From positions 6,225,850-6,289,849 of the forward strand of contig CBDCJH010000002.1 in assembly GCA_965217775.1 (NCBI GenBank): a stretch of 64,000 nucleotides of DNA, in the 5' to 3' direction. Made by a program: the position numbers and the translations under genes. Positions 50,401 through 59,345 of this stretch are shown piece after piece. The DNA comes from Acidobacteriota bacterium. GTDB taxonomy: Bacteria; Acidobacteriota; UBA6911; RPQK01; JAJDTT01. The notes below the pieces were generated by a model. It saw nothing but the letters and a program-made list of their open reading frames with translations, was not told the origin of the DNA and made no database searches. Every line of letters begins with the position of its first letter. Within the stretch, counting starts at the first letter, position 1.

Positions 50401-50855
50401 TCGGGGCTCAGTTTCTTCCAATAGTCCATCATGCCGCGCTTGCCCTCGTCGTAGAGCATGCCGAAGTAATTGGCGTCGGCGATGTCGGCCTGATACCCCT
50501 TGACCGCGTAGTCGGGGTGCTGCTCGCTGCGGAACTGGATTCCACTGTTGCCTCGAATCAACTTGACCGAGACCCGCAGGCTGAAATCGCTGAAGCTCCG
50601 GGTGGTGGAGAGAAAACTGTTGCGCTTGATCTGTACCTCCTCCGTGGAGCCGACGATCATTCCGTTCTCCACCTTCCACAGTCTCGGATCGCCGATCCAA
50701 CCGGTCAGGTCTCGTCCGTTGAAGAGCGGAACGAATCCCTCTTCGTCCTGGGACGCGCGGGATGAAACGGAGAAGAAGAGAAGCGACAACAAGGATGCGG
50801 CGGCGAGGCGTGAGAGACCCTGCGGAAAACCGAACGCTCGGCTTCTGAACTTCAT
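47412..50855 (-). CDS. PVC-type heme-binding protein: DUF1080 + GSDH-like beta-propeller + HEAT + cytochrome c
   Basis: Signal peptide; LFNGRDLTGW/NSGIQFR/GYQAD/LQLH (DUF1080); GFRNAFD, DSDMEWD; CSNCH, GPDLS, SIMP. Confidence 0.85.
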   Translation of the reverse strand: MKFRSRAFGFPQGLSRLAAASLLSLLFFSVSSRASQDEEGFVPLFNGRDLTGWIGDPRLWKVENGMIVGSTEEVQIKRNSFLSTTRSFSDFSLRVSVKLIRGNSGIQFRSEQHPDYAVKGYQADIADANYFGMLYDEGKRGMMDYWKKLSPEEKAVINSRADLTGWNRYEIICEGRRVRLILNGHLVCDLTDPEGSRSGIIALQLHTGPPMRVLFKDVAIKSARTAARTRRGKERFQAAPGFQVEQAATDELLGSLVNMTFDHRGRPVVGREHGGIHILLDEDGDGRFEGVRDFSNRVQRAHGMHYLGAGDLLVQANGPEGPGLYRLVDEDGDDQADSTTLIAASRGRIGEHGPHAILTGMDGDLYLLYGNHAYPDVTVDPGSPSRGLQEDHLLERYLDPRGHANSIRVPAGTIHRLDLSSNRWTQFSAGFRNAFDFALDPQGELFTFDSDMEWDFGLPWYRPIRVIHAVPGGDYGWRTGSGKFPGYYPDSLPAVESLGRGSPVGIAFYQHRTYPRKFHGALFLGDWSRGRIRVSFPEQTGASYVASGDDFVSGEPLNVTDLDVGPDGFLYFSTGGRSTSGGLYRVRYAGATTESSVGSGSGVRQALTQPMHRSAWGQLALTRVKSELGARWEPDLVRISRDRASPSQQRVRALELLQTLGPAPGPKLLDQLSKDEDPKVRAAAVLLLGTHPLKMVSSSLHERLADSDALVARRAAESLLRAGLSSDSPLTNPEALARSLYRLMDHADRFVRHAARLALERMDAPLWTSLVLRDTVRDRPRAALEGLLALIRVKNPGPDWNAVLEKILEYGHQPMTEEIRLSYLRICQLAFLRDPSPETPGREKFGSRLGSRLLDLYPTDSSLVNRELETLLGFLQAPGAIEALLRELKPEKSQPDQIHTVYALRSIKQGWSRDQRNAVVEWFDRGWQMPGAASMHGYITRLWEDVLDLLPPDERAQAEAREEEQARKRAERLLELISGEPPPERSRLTQMSFEELSLYLEFDPGAYERGSADRGRAVFHRAKCSNCHVFGSEGRGGGPDLSTAVKRFRRSEILEAIMFPSKVISDQYTALIVEAKGPEPLTGMLADENDETLTLIDASGERIEIPQDLITDRRTSEISIMPEDVLETMTLQDLVNLFLFLERGSGF

Positions 50856-50953
50856 GCGGTGACCCCCTTCAGGTTTGTCCGGGCATGCCATTTTGGTACC
50901 GGGGAGAACTATTGTCCCGCCGGGTTCGCCTGTCAACCGAGGCTTCAAGCCGA

Positions 50954-50982
50954 TTGACACCGGCTCGGCCGGTCACTACTTT
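50954..50982 (+). promoter_or_regulatory. Sigma70-type promoter upstream of the NIPSNAP gene
   Basis: TTGACA-N17-TACTTT. Confidence 0.5.
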
Positions 50983-51049
50983 GGTCCGCGTGATCCGGGT
51001 CGAGTAGGGCTGGTATTCGAGAGTCGCGGACAACCGGAGGAGAGCCAAG

Positions 51050-51883
51050 ATGATCAGTTCCAACTATTTCCAGTCGCGGAGATTCGTTTGGCTGGGCCTG
51101 GCGATGGTTATGGCGATGAGCTGCACCATGACGGTTCACGACGAGGCCTCTGAGACGTCGGCGAGCGAAACGGCGGAGGGGACCATGCACGAGTACTACG
51201 AGCTGCGCGTCTACCGCATCGACAGCCTGGAAAAGCAGGAAGTGGTCAGCCGCTACCTGGAGACGGCCCTGGTTCCCGCATTGAACCGGTTGGGGATCGA
51301 CCGGGTCGGGGTCTTCACCCTCCAGGAACCGGGAGACGACTTCTCCATCTTCACCCTTATCCCCTATCCGACCTTGGATCTCATGACCCGGCTGAGCGAC
51401 GTCTTGGATCAGGACGCGGACTATCAGAAGGCGGCATCCGAATACTTCTCCGCCTCCATCGACGATCCGGCCTACGGGCGCATCGAGAGCAAGTTGATGA
51501 AGGCTTTCGACAGCATCCCCGTGATGGAGTTGCCGGCGCAAACAGCCGGCCGGGACCCGCGGATCTTCGAGCTTCGGACCTACGAGAGCCATCATGAGAA
51601 TGCGGCCTATCGGAAGGTGCAGATGTTCGACGAGGGAGAGACCCGGATCATGCGGGAAACGGGCCTGGGCCCCGTATTCTTTGGCGAGGTCCTCGTGGGC
51701 CACGACGTGCCCAATCTCACCTACATACTGTCGAGCACCGACCGGGAGACGCACAAGAAGAGCTGGGAAGCCTTTCTGGCCCATCCCGACTGGGTCCGGA
51801 TGAAGGCCATGGACCGTTACAAGGACACGGTCTCCACAATCAGAAACTGGTTTCTGATCCCGACCTCCTACTCGCAAATCTGA
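51050..51883 (+). CDS. NIPSNAP family protein, probable lipoprotein
   Basis: YYELRVY and IFELRTY repeats, PNLTY, C-terminal YSQI; signal peptide ending AMSC. Confidence 0.82.
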   Translation: MISSNYFQSRRFVWLGLAMVMAMSCTMTVHDEASETSASETAEGTMHEYYELRVYRIDSLEKQEVVSRYLETALVPALNRLGIDRVGVFTLQEPGDDFSIFTLIPYPTLDLMTRLSDVLDQDADYQKAASEYFSASIDDPAYGRIESKLMKAFDSIPVMELPAQTAGRDPRIFELRTYESHHENAAYRKVQMFDEGETRIMRETGLGPVFFGEVLVGHDVPNLTYILSSTDRETHKKSWEAFLAHPDWVRMKAMDRYKDTVSTIRNWFLIPTSYSQI

Positions 51884-51900
51884 CCCCGGATCGACCGGCA

Positions 51901-54381
51901 GTGGCGGCCCGCGGGCATGGCTTGAGAAAAGGACTCCGGTACGCGGCATGGGCCCTGCTGGCCTTGGCGCTCGGGTCCTTCCTGGTCTTCCGCTACCTGG
52001 CGCGGCGGGCGCTGCCCCAACTCGACGGAACCCGCACCGCACCGGGGCTCCAACAGCCGGTCGAGATCGTGCGCGACCGGTGGGGCGTCCCTCACATTTT
52101 CGCCGGCAGCGATACGGACGCCTATTTCGCGCTCGGGTATGTCCACGCCCAGGACCGCCTCTTCCAGTTGGACCTGAGCCGGCACGCCGGCCAGGGACGC
52201 CTGGCGGAGCTGGTGGGAGAACCGGGCCTGGATCTGGATCTCCTCTTCCGAACCATCGATCTCCACGGACCTCCCCGCCGCATGCTGGAGCGGGCCCGTG
52301 ATCCGGTGCGGTCGGCGGCACGGGCCTACGCTCTCGGCATCAACACCGCCGTCGCCGATCTGGACGGGGCCCTGCCTCTGGAGTTCACGCTGTTGGGTCA
52401 CGAGTTCGAACCGGCCGAGCCGGACGACTTCGTGGGCTTGGTGGGGCTCATGACCTGGGGACTGAACCTTTCCTGGGAGATGGACCGGGCTTACGAGCAA
52501 CTGGCGGCGCGCCTGGGAGAGGAGCGGGCCCGGGAGCTCTTCCCCTTCAGTCAGGGAGGAACGCCGGCGGTCCATCCGCCGGCCGGAACCAATTCGCCGC
52601 CATCGCCGGTCCCCCGGGCCGTGAATTCCGCTACGGTCTTCGATCGCCTTGGGAAGTTGATTCAGGATGCCGCAGGTGTTCCCTTTCCGGGACGGTTCCC
52701 GATCCCGTTCAATGGAACGGGTGGCAGCAACAGTTGGGTGGTGTCCCCCCGGCGCAGCACGACGGGGCACGCCATCCTGGCCAACGATCCTCACCTGGGA
52801 TTTTCCCTGCCGTCCGTCTGGTATCAGGCCCATCTCCGCGCTCCCGGTTTCGACGTGGCTGGAGTCACGCTCCCCGGCCTGCCCCTCGTGGTGATCGGAC
52901 GAAACCGGAACATCGCCTGGGGGCTGACCAATGTGATGCAGGATGCGGCGGATTTCTTCGTGGAGAAGCTGAACCAGAATCGTCCCGGCCAAGTCATGTA
53001 CCGGGGTGAGTGGGTGGAGTTGGAAAAAAGAGTGGAGACGATCCGGGTCAAGGGAGGAGAATCCCGGACGCTGGAGGTGCTGTCCACGCCCCATGGACCG
53101 CTGGTCAATCAGCTGCTCCCCGAGATCCGGAAGCCGGTTTCCTACCGTTGGACCCTGCATGCCGCGGACCGCGCCAACGAGCTGGAGGGTCTGTGGCTCT
53201 TGAACCGGGCCCGCAACTGGGAGGAGTTCCGCCGGTCCATGTCGTGGTTCGGCGCGGCGGCCCAGAACGTGGTCTACGCCGACCGGCACGGACACATCGG
53301 AATGCAGACCGTCGGGGCCTATCCGCGTCTGGAAGGCCGAAACGACGGAACCCGGTTCCGGGTGGGCTGGGACGGAAGTGAGGAATGGAACGGGTTCCAT
53401 CCCTTCGAGGACCATCCGGTCACGTTCGATCCGCCCCAGGGCTGGTTGGCCTCGGCCAACAATCCCACGGTAGAGGAGCCGGCTCCCTTCTATATCTCCG
53501 CCTGGTGGGAGCCGGTAGACCGGATCAGCCGGATCCGCGAGGTCCTGGCCTCTCGCGACCGGCTCTCGGTCGAGGATATGGAACGCCTCCAGGGAGATTC
53601 GCTATTGTTTGCGGCCCGTGAGATCACACCTCTGCTGCTGGAGGCTTTCGATCCTCCTCCACCCGCCGGGGACCCGGTCGGAGAGGCCCTCCACATATTG
53701 CGAGGCTGGAACCAGGTGATGGACGCCGGAGAAACCGCGCCCACCCTGTTCGCCGTCTTCCAACGGCAACTGTTCGACGAGATCTTCGAGGACGAGATGG
53801 GACAAGACCTGATCCGGGCATACCGTTCCCGGGGAAATCTGCCGGACATCATGGTCCGAACGGTTCTGAAGCGGGGAGCCCGGAGCTGGCTCGACCGGAT
53901 CGAGACGCCGCACGTCGAGGAGTTGTCCGACATCCTCCGAGCCGCCTTCCGCAAGGCCGTGACCCGCGTCTCGACCCGATGGGGTCCCGATCCCGGGAAC
54001 TGGCTCTGGGGAGACGTCCACACCCTGACCCTGGCCCACCCCCTGGGGCGGGCCTCCGGGCTTTTGGGAAGGTACTTCAACCTGGGACCCTTCCCGGTAC
54101 CGGGCTCCAACCGCACCGTGAAGAAGATGGAGTACCGGTCCGGCGACTTCCGGGTCGTGTCCGGCGCCTCCGTGCGGCAGATCACCGACTTTTCGGAGCC
54201 GGACCGATTCCAGTCCGTGATCCCCGGCGGCCAGTCGGGAATCCCGGCCTCGCCCCACTACGGCGACCTGGCGGATCTCTGGCTGGCGGGAAAGTACCAT
54301 CCGATCCCCCTGAATCGAGAGGCGATCCAGGAGTCGCACCGCCTGGTCCTTCGCCCGGAGCCGGGCGGAACGAGCGAGTAG
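51901..54381 (+). CDS. Penicillin acylase family Ntn-hydrolase
   Basis: RDRWGVPHI, HAQDRLFQ, GSNSW nucleophile, ANDPHL, SANN, GQSG. Confidence 0.9.
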   Translation: MAARGHGLRKGLRYAAWALLALALGSFLVFRYLARRALPQLDGTRTAPGLQQPVEIVRDRWGVPHIFAGSDTDAYFALGYVHAQDRLFQLDLSRHAGQGRLAELVGEPGLDLDLLFRTIDLHGPPRRMLERARDPVRSAARAYALGINTAVADLDGALPLEFTLLGHEFEPAEPDDFVGLVGLMTWGLNLSWEMDRAYEQLAARLGEERARELFPFSQGGTPAVHPPAGTNSPPSPVPRAVNSATVFDRLGKLIQDAAGVPFPGRFPIPFNGTGGSNSWVVSPRRSTTGHAILANDPHLGFSLPSVWYQAHLRAPGFDVAGVTLPGLPLVVIGRNRNIAWGLTNVMQDAADFFVEKLNQNRPGQVMYRGEWVELEKRVETIRVKGGESRTLEVLSTPHGPLVNQLLPEIRKPVSYRWTLHAADRANELEGLWLLNRARNWEEFRRSMSWFGAAAQNVVYADRHGHIGMQTVGAYPRLEGRNDGTRFRVGWDGSEEWNGFHPFEDHPVTFDPPQGWLASANNPTVEEPAPFYISAWWEPVDRISRIREVLASRDRLSVEDMERLQGDSLLFAAREITPLLLEAFDPPPPAGDPVGEALHILRGWNQVMDAGETAPTLFAVFQRQLFDEIFEDEMGQDLIRAYRSRGNLPDIMVRTVLKRGARSWLDRIETPHVEELSDILRAAFRKAVTRVSTRWGPDPGNWLWGDVHTLTLAHPLGRASGLLGRYFNLGPFPVPGSNRTVKKMEYRSGDFRVVSGASVRQITDFSEPDRFQSVIPGGQSGIPASPHYGDLADLWLAGKYHPIPLNREAIQESHRLVLRPEPGGTSE

Positions 54382-54504
54382 CAGCACCGAATTCTCCTCT
54401 TCATGTGACCGCGCCAACTGCGATCGCATGACCTTCCCGCTCCAATGCAGTCGAGATTCCGGGCCTCAATAGAGATGGAATTCATGGTCCGGAACTATGC
54501 TGGT

Positions 54505-54645
54505 TTACTTCTTGTTGCCCTTCGTCGGTCTTGGGGGAGGAGGGGGAGGTTTCGGCTGACTTGGTCTGGCGGGCTTGCCCCTATTGTGAACGGTATTGGG
54601 GCGGATGTTCTTGGTAGTCGTTCCAATGCCCTTGTCAGGCGGCAT
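54505..54645 (-). CDS. Putative 46-aa Pro/Lys-rich microprotein
   Basis: MPPDKGIGTTTKNIRPNTVHNRGKPARPSQPKPPPPPPRPTKGNKK*; ATG overlaps the last codons of the upstream SLATT-like gene; below the ORF-track cutoff. Confidence 0.45.
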   Translation of the reverse strand: MPPDKGIGTTTKNIRPNTVHNRGKPARPSQPKPPPPPPRPTKGNKK

Positions 54646-55144
54646 ATCGATCAACCATTACTCTGTATGCGGACTCTGCGCATTTCTCGTTCAGTTTTTG
54701 ATTTTCTCGAATATCGGCAACGCCTGCCCAACTGGTGACTCCCAAGATTCTTCGCGACAGACGACTCTTCTTCCACAGAACTTCGGCGGTGCTTATCTCA
54801 TCTTCGTTGATTTCAGTCCACAGTTCCTGCCAGTCTGTCTCCAACTCGCTGCATTCAATACTGATTGCGTGGAGGACCGCCGCCTTTCTTGCGTAGTCGG
54901 ATACGAAATCCCAAACCACAATCAGAGCGACGAACGCGGTGGCGATCAATTGAGCGATTGCCGGTAGGAGTTCGAGCAGTGCGGCGATGCCACCGGCTGC
55001 CGCCGCGAGAAGCAGAAACCGAACGATGAAGTGATTGCGCCGATATTTGTCGGAGAGAGCCTCGTAGTATCGGACGAGCCTCGCCGCATCCAAGTATTCC
55101 TGCCAGACAATAGATCGCACCTGATCGGTTACCATATCGCTCAC
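54635..55144 (-). CDS. SLATT-like 2-TM membrane protein
   Basis: Helix (RYY..LS.KY) + two adjacent TM helices + helical C-terminal region (KAAVLH...W.ELW); AT-richer than flanks. Confidence 0.6.
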   Translation of the reverse strand: MSDMVTDQVRSIVWQEYLDAARLVRYYEALSDKYRRNHFIVRFLLLAAAAGGIAALLELLPAIAQLIATAFVALIVVWDFVSDYARKAAVLHAISIECSELETDWQELWTEINEDEISTAEVLWKKSRLSRRILGVTSWAGVADIRENQKLNEKCAESAYRVMVDRYAA

Positions 55145-55819
55145 CTTTAGAAGTGCATTGCGTTCAAGGGCATTGTACTTGAGGCTGGAGTGTACACGAG
55201 TCGCTCCAGTTTGCGGGATTTCCCCTCAGCCTCCCCCTAACTGTGCAAATCCTTACATCACCGCATCGGCGAAGCACCCTCGCATAGATCCGTAGACCGG
55301 CCGACACCTACAATTAACGACGACAAAACGAAAAACGCGGAGTAATTTCTGGAAGACTCCGGGCGGAACGGCGAGGCTTGGACGATAGCAGGAGTTTCGC
55401 CAAAAAATCGCGGTGGAGTGTCATATGTAAACAGAAAAAATTCCTGCTAGTGCTTGCTTTCCCAAAATCAACCGGTGTAGCCTGTCGCCAACTCGTCCCA
55501 TCGGGTCGCCCGCGATTCAATTAGTCCGAAAGGTGACGTCGGGGATCCGAGGGTGCACGCCGCTCTGAATTGCCAGTAGGGGGTCCGTATTTGCTGCCAT
55601 TGACTCGTTTGTCGGTCAATGAACTCGCCGGTCGATTTCTCGTCCTGATTGCCGCTCGGCAAGTCTCTCGCAGTAACGGAACACCTGGAACCGGAAATCC
55701 TTCCGGGAGTCGTGCAACTCTCATCCGCCGTCATCTCGCTCCGGCAACTATGAGGCAGACCCAGGGCCTTTCATTCTGGTGGGTGATCCCGAAAATCTTC
55801 CAACTGCAGGGGAGTTGAC

Positions 55820-58800
55820 ATGCGAATGCGGAAACAGGTTTCAGGCATCGGTCCGGTGAAATCCATCGTCGCTTTGGCGGTCCTGTGCAGCTTACTGCTG
55901 CCGGCGACGGTCGCGGCCCAGACCATGAACAGCGACCTCACCGGAGTGGTGCGAGACGCCACGGGAGGCGTGATTCCGGGCGTTACCGCCATTGCGACCA
56001 ATGAGAGAAACAGAGCCCAACGATCGGCGGTCACCAACGATCTCGGAGTCTATCGCCTCGCCGGCATCCAGCCCGGCACCTACACCGTGGAGGCGGAACT
56101 GACGGGATTCAAACGATTCGTACAGACCGGCATCGTCGTGTCCCCGGGGCTGCTGAGACGCGTGGACATCGTTCTTGAGGTCGGGGACGTCACCGACTCG
56201 GTGATCGTCACCGACGAGGTTCCGGTCATCCAGTCCAACAACGCCACGATTTCCACGGCGCTTCCCTCACAGGTCCGTGACAAGCCTATCGCCAGCATGA
56301 CGCGAGGGGCGCTCCTGGGAGAGCAGATGATCTGGGCGGCGGGTTCGGCCGCGGGCGGCGTCTACGGGTTCGTCGGCAACCGTGCGGACATGAACCAGTA
56401 CAACGTCGAAGGCATGCAGTACAACTTCATCAGCGCCTCGGTCTCCAACAACATCATCGAGGAAGTCAGCACCGTGCTGAGCAATGCGCCCGCGGAATAC
56501 TCCCGGCCGGTGACGCTCAACGCCACTTTGAAGAGCGGGACCAACGATTACCATGCCGAGTATTGGATGGCCGGGGTCAATCCCTGCCTGAACGCGTTGA
56601 GAAGCCCGTTCTCGCCGGCCCGGGCCAGCCGGGCGCCCTGTGTCACGGCGAAACGGCAGTTTTTCAATGTCGGCGGTCCGATTCTCAAGGACCGGGTCTT
56701 CTTCTTCTATTCCTGGGCTCGGCCGAATTCGTTTTCGAATCTGTCGAACTCCCGGCCCCAATCCTTCCCCAGCCTGCGCATGCAAGGTGGCGACTTCTCC
56801 CTGTATCCGTCGAAGATCATCGATCCTACGACCGGAGAACAGTTTCCCGGGAACGTCATTCCCGCCGGCCGCATCAATTCCGTCGCGCAGGCGATCATGA
56901 ACGACTTCATGGGGAGTTCGGTCAATTACCTCGGCGCTCCGGAGAGCTATACCAACAACGTCCAGCAATTGGCCGGCCGCTATCGTCAGGACAACGACCA
57001 CAACATCAAGACCGATTTCAACGTCGGCGGCAACGACAGCTTCTCCTTTCATGCCGTACGGCACAAAGTCCTCAGCAACACGGATCGCCACCACCCGAGC
57101 ACCGGAACCAGCAATGCTCTGCACACGACTCTGCAGGACAACGTCTTCAACTGGCAGTCGGGCGTGACCCACAGCCATGTCTTCGGGCCCGGCGTGGTCA
57201 ACCAGATGCGACTGGGCGCGACCCGTTTCGTTTACATCCACCGGCAGTTGAAGGACTGGGAAGGGGACGCCGAGAGTGCGCAGGGTCCGGAATTTGTGAA
57301 CCGCTGGGGTCTTGAAGGAGTTGCGGTGCCCGACCTTTCGGGAATGCCCCAGATCAATATCGGCGGCTGGCTTCGAACCTATTCCGACAACGAGAGCGGC
57401 ACTTATGACACCAGGTATTCGTTCTTCAACGACCTCTCGGTGACCGAAGGTAACCACAACATCAAGATCGGCGTTTCGGCGGTCAAGCTGCTGCACGACG
57501 GTCCGGCCAATGGGGTTTACTTCGGCAACTTCAATTTCAGCAACATATTCACCGGAGCCCAGGTGGCCAAGGACCCCATGACCTGCGCGGCCCCGGCCGT
57601 CTGCGGAGATGGTTTCGCAGACTTCCTGCTGGGTTTGCCGAGTTCCCAGACCCGGTATCAGCCCCGTTCCGTCATCGCTCGCCGGAAATGGGAGTGGGGG
57701 GCGTTCATCCAGGACGATTTCCGGATCAACGACAAGTTGAACATCTCCTATGGACTACGCTGGAGCCGCTATACGGTTCCCTACGACAAGAACGGAATGT
57801 ACTACAACTTCGACCCGGACAGCCTCTCCATCGTGGTGCCGAACGAGTTCGCCCGGGAGCGGATCCATCCCTCCTGGCCGACCCACACCTTCCCCGTCAA
57901 GTTGGCCGGTGAGGCCGGGTTCCCGGGCAAGCTGATCGAAGGCTCCAACAGTTGGCAGCCTCGCGTCGGATTTGCCTATCGAATGACTCCGAGAACGGTG
58001 CTTCGCGGAGGCTGGGGGATCTACAACGGAGCGTCCCGCTTCCTGCCGCTCCAGGCGTACGGTCCCTTCGTGGTTTCCGAGAGCTTCACCAATGAAGTCC
58101 GTACGGGCAGCCCCACGGGCACCTTGTATTCTTGGCCGAACGCTTTCCCCACGGCCTCGGACGTCATCACCGTCAGCAGCGCCTTCGGGTTCGCCAAGGA
58201 CTATCACGAAGCGTGGACGCACAACTGGAACGTGACCTATGAACGGGAAATCGCCACCAACTGGGGCGTGCAGCTCACTTATCGGGGAGTGAAGAGCAAT
58301 GATCTGCTCTGGGGCCGGAATCTGAACGCCATCATGGCCAGCGGCACTCCTTGGAGCCGGGATCGGTTGCCCTGGCCGAATCTCGGCAGCGTGAACTTCG
58401 TCGAGAACGGCGGAGACAGCATCTACAACGGGATCGAGTTCCGGCTGACCCATCCCTGGGTCAACGGCCTGCACTCACAGCTCTCGCTGACCAAGCAGTG
58501 GTCCGGGGGCCTGAACGCGCCCATCTGGGCCACCGATCAGGGGATCACCTGGCCCGAGTATCCCTTCGACCTCGACCGCGACCGGGTGGCGATGGCGACA
58601 CCCTGGCCCAGCCACGACATCCTCTGGAACTTCATCGCGGAGATGCCGTTCGGCCGCGGCAAGCGGTTCTTCGCCGACCTGAACCCGGTGATGAATGCGA
58701 TCGCCGGAAACTGGACCTTCACGGGAGCCTTCTCCTGGCGGTCGGGAATCGGGCTGACGCCAAACTGGGGCGGGGTCGACTTTGCCAACTACGGCAGGTT

Positions 58801-59188
58801 CGGCGGCCGTCCCAACCAGACCTGCAATGACCCGAACGGGGGGCCCAAGGCCGTCCGTGGTCAATGGTTCAATACGCGGTGCTATGAGGTGCCCAGCGCC
58901 GGATCCCTCGGCAATGCGCAGATCAACTCCATCGTCGGGCCCGGAGCCTGGATCTTCAATCTGAACCCGTACAAGGAGTTCGAGCTCAACTTCCTCCGCG
59001 AAGGCGCCCGGATCCAGCTCGGAGCCAACATCGTCAACGTCCTCAATCATCCCGTCTACGGCAACCCCGTCACCACCGTGAACAGCGCCACCGCCGGCCA
59101 GATCCGGGGATCGGGGAATGCTCGGGGGATGTGGCACGATTCCTTGGGTCAGCGCAAGGTCGTGGTGGATATGCGGTTCATCTTCTGA
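55820..59188 (+). CDS. TonB-dependent receptor with N-terminal carboxypeptidase-regulatory-like domain (Oar type)
   Basis: GVVRDATGGVIPG, PGTY.V.AE..GF, KSGTNDYH, FIQDDFR, WQPRVGFAY, C-terminal RFIF. Confidence 0.9.
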   Translation: MRMRKQVSGIGPVKSIVALAVLCSLLLPATVAAQTMNSDLTGVVRDATGGVIPGVTAIATNERNRAQRSAVTNDLGVYRLAGIQPGTYTVEAELTGFKRFVQTGIVVSPGLLRRVDIVLEVGDVTDSVIVTDEVPVIQSNNATISTALPSQVRDKPIASMTRGALLGEQMIWAAGSAAGGVYGFVGNRADMNQYNVEGMQYNFISASVSNNIIEEVSTVLSNAPAEYSRPVTLNATLKSGTNDYHAEYWMAGVNPCLNALRSPFSPARASRAPCVTAKRQFFNVGGPILKDRVFFFYSWARPNSFSNLSNSRPQSFPSLRMQGGDFSLYPSKIIDPTTGEQFPGNVIPAGRINSVAQAIMNDFMGSSVNYLGAPESYTNNVQQLAGRYRQDNDHNIKTDFNVGGNDSFSFHAVRHKVLSNTDRHHPSTGTSNALHTTLQDNVFNWQSGVTHSHVFGPGVVNQMRLGATRFVYIHRQLKDWEGDAESAQGPEFVNRWGLEGVAVPDLSGMPQINIGGWLRTYSDNESGTYDTRYSFFNDLSVTEGNHNIKIGVSAVKLLHDGPANGVYFGNFNFSNIFTGAQVAKDPMTCAAPAVCGDGFADFLLGLPSSQTRYQPRSVIARRKWEWGAFIQDDFRINDKLNISYGLRWSRYTVPYDKNGMYYNFDPDSLSIVVPNEFARERIHPSWPTHTFPVKLAGEAGFPGKLIEGSNSWQPRVGFAYRMTPRTVLRGGWGIYNGASRFLPLQAYGPFVVSESFTNEVRTGSPTGTLYSWPNAFPTASDVITVSSAFGFAKDYHEAWTHNWNVTYEREIATNWGVQLTYRGVKSNDLLWGRNLNAIMASGTPWSRDRLPWPNLGSVNFVENGGDSIYNGIEFRLTHPWVNGLHSQLSLTKQWSGGLNAPIWATDQGITWPEYPFDLDRDRVAMATPWPSHDILWNFIAEMPFGRGKRFFADLNPVMNAIAGNWTFTGAFSWRSGIGLTPNWGGVDFANYGRFGGRPNQTCNDPNGGPKAVRGQWFNTRCYEVPSAGSLGNAQINSIVGPGAWIFNLNPYKEFELNFLREGARIQLGANIVNVLNHPVYGNPVTTVNSATAGQIRGSGNARGMWHDSLGQRKVVVDMRFIF

Positions 59189-59345
59189 CGGCCTGAACCG
59201 GGCAATAGAAGACTGGTGAATTGAGGTGTCTTCCAAGCGGCAGTCAGCCGGCGGTTCCGTCGGATCGCCGGCTACTGGTCCGGTGCACACCCAAGACGGC
59301 TCGTCCAACCGGCCTCTTCCGAGGTTTCGATCCGGAGTCCCGCCC

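Noticed and set aside
55225-55255. Cobalamin riboswitch-like words (CCCCCTAACTGT, GTGCAAATCC) upstream of the TBDR
   Set aside because: The elements are in the wrong order, there is no B12 box, and they lie upstream of the putative promoter.
54382-55260. SLATT-like island as an integron cassette
   Set aside because: GTT-containing sites occur on both sides, but there is no convincing RYYYAAC...GTTRRRY attC hairpin and no integrase.
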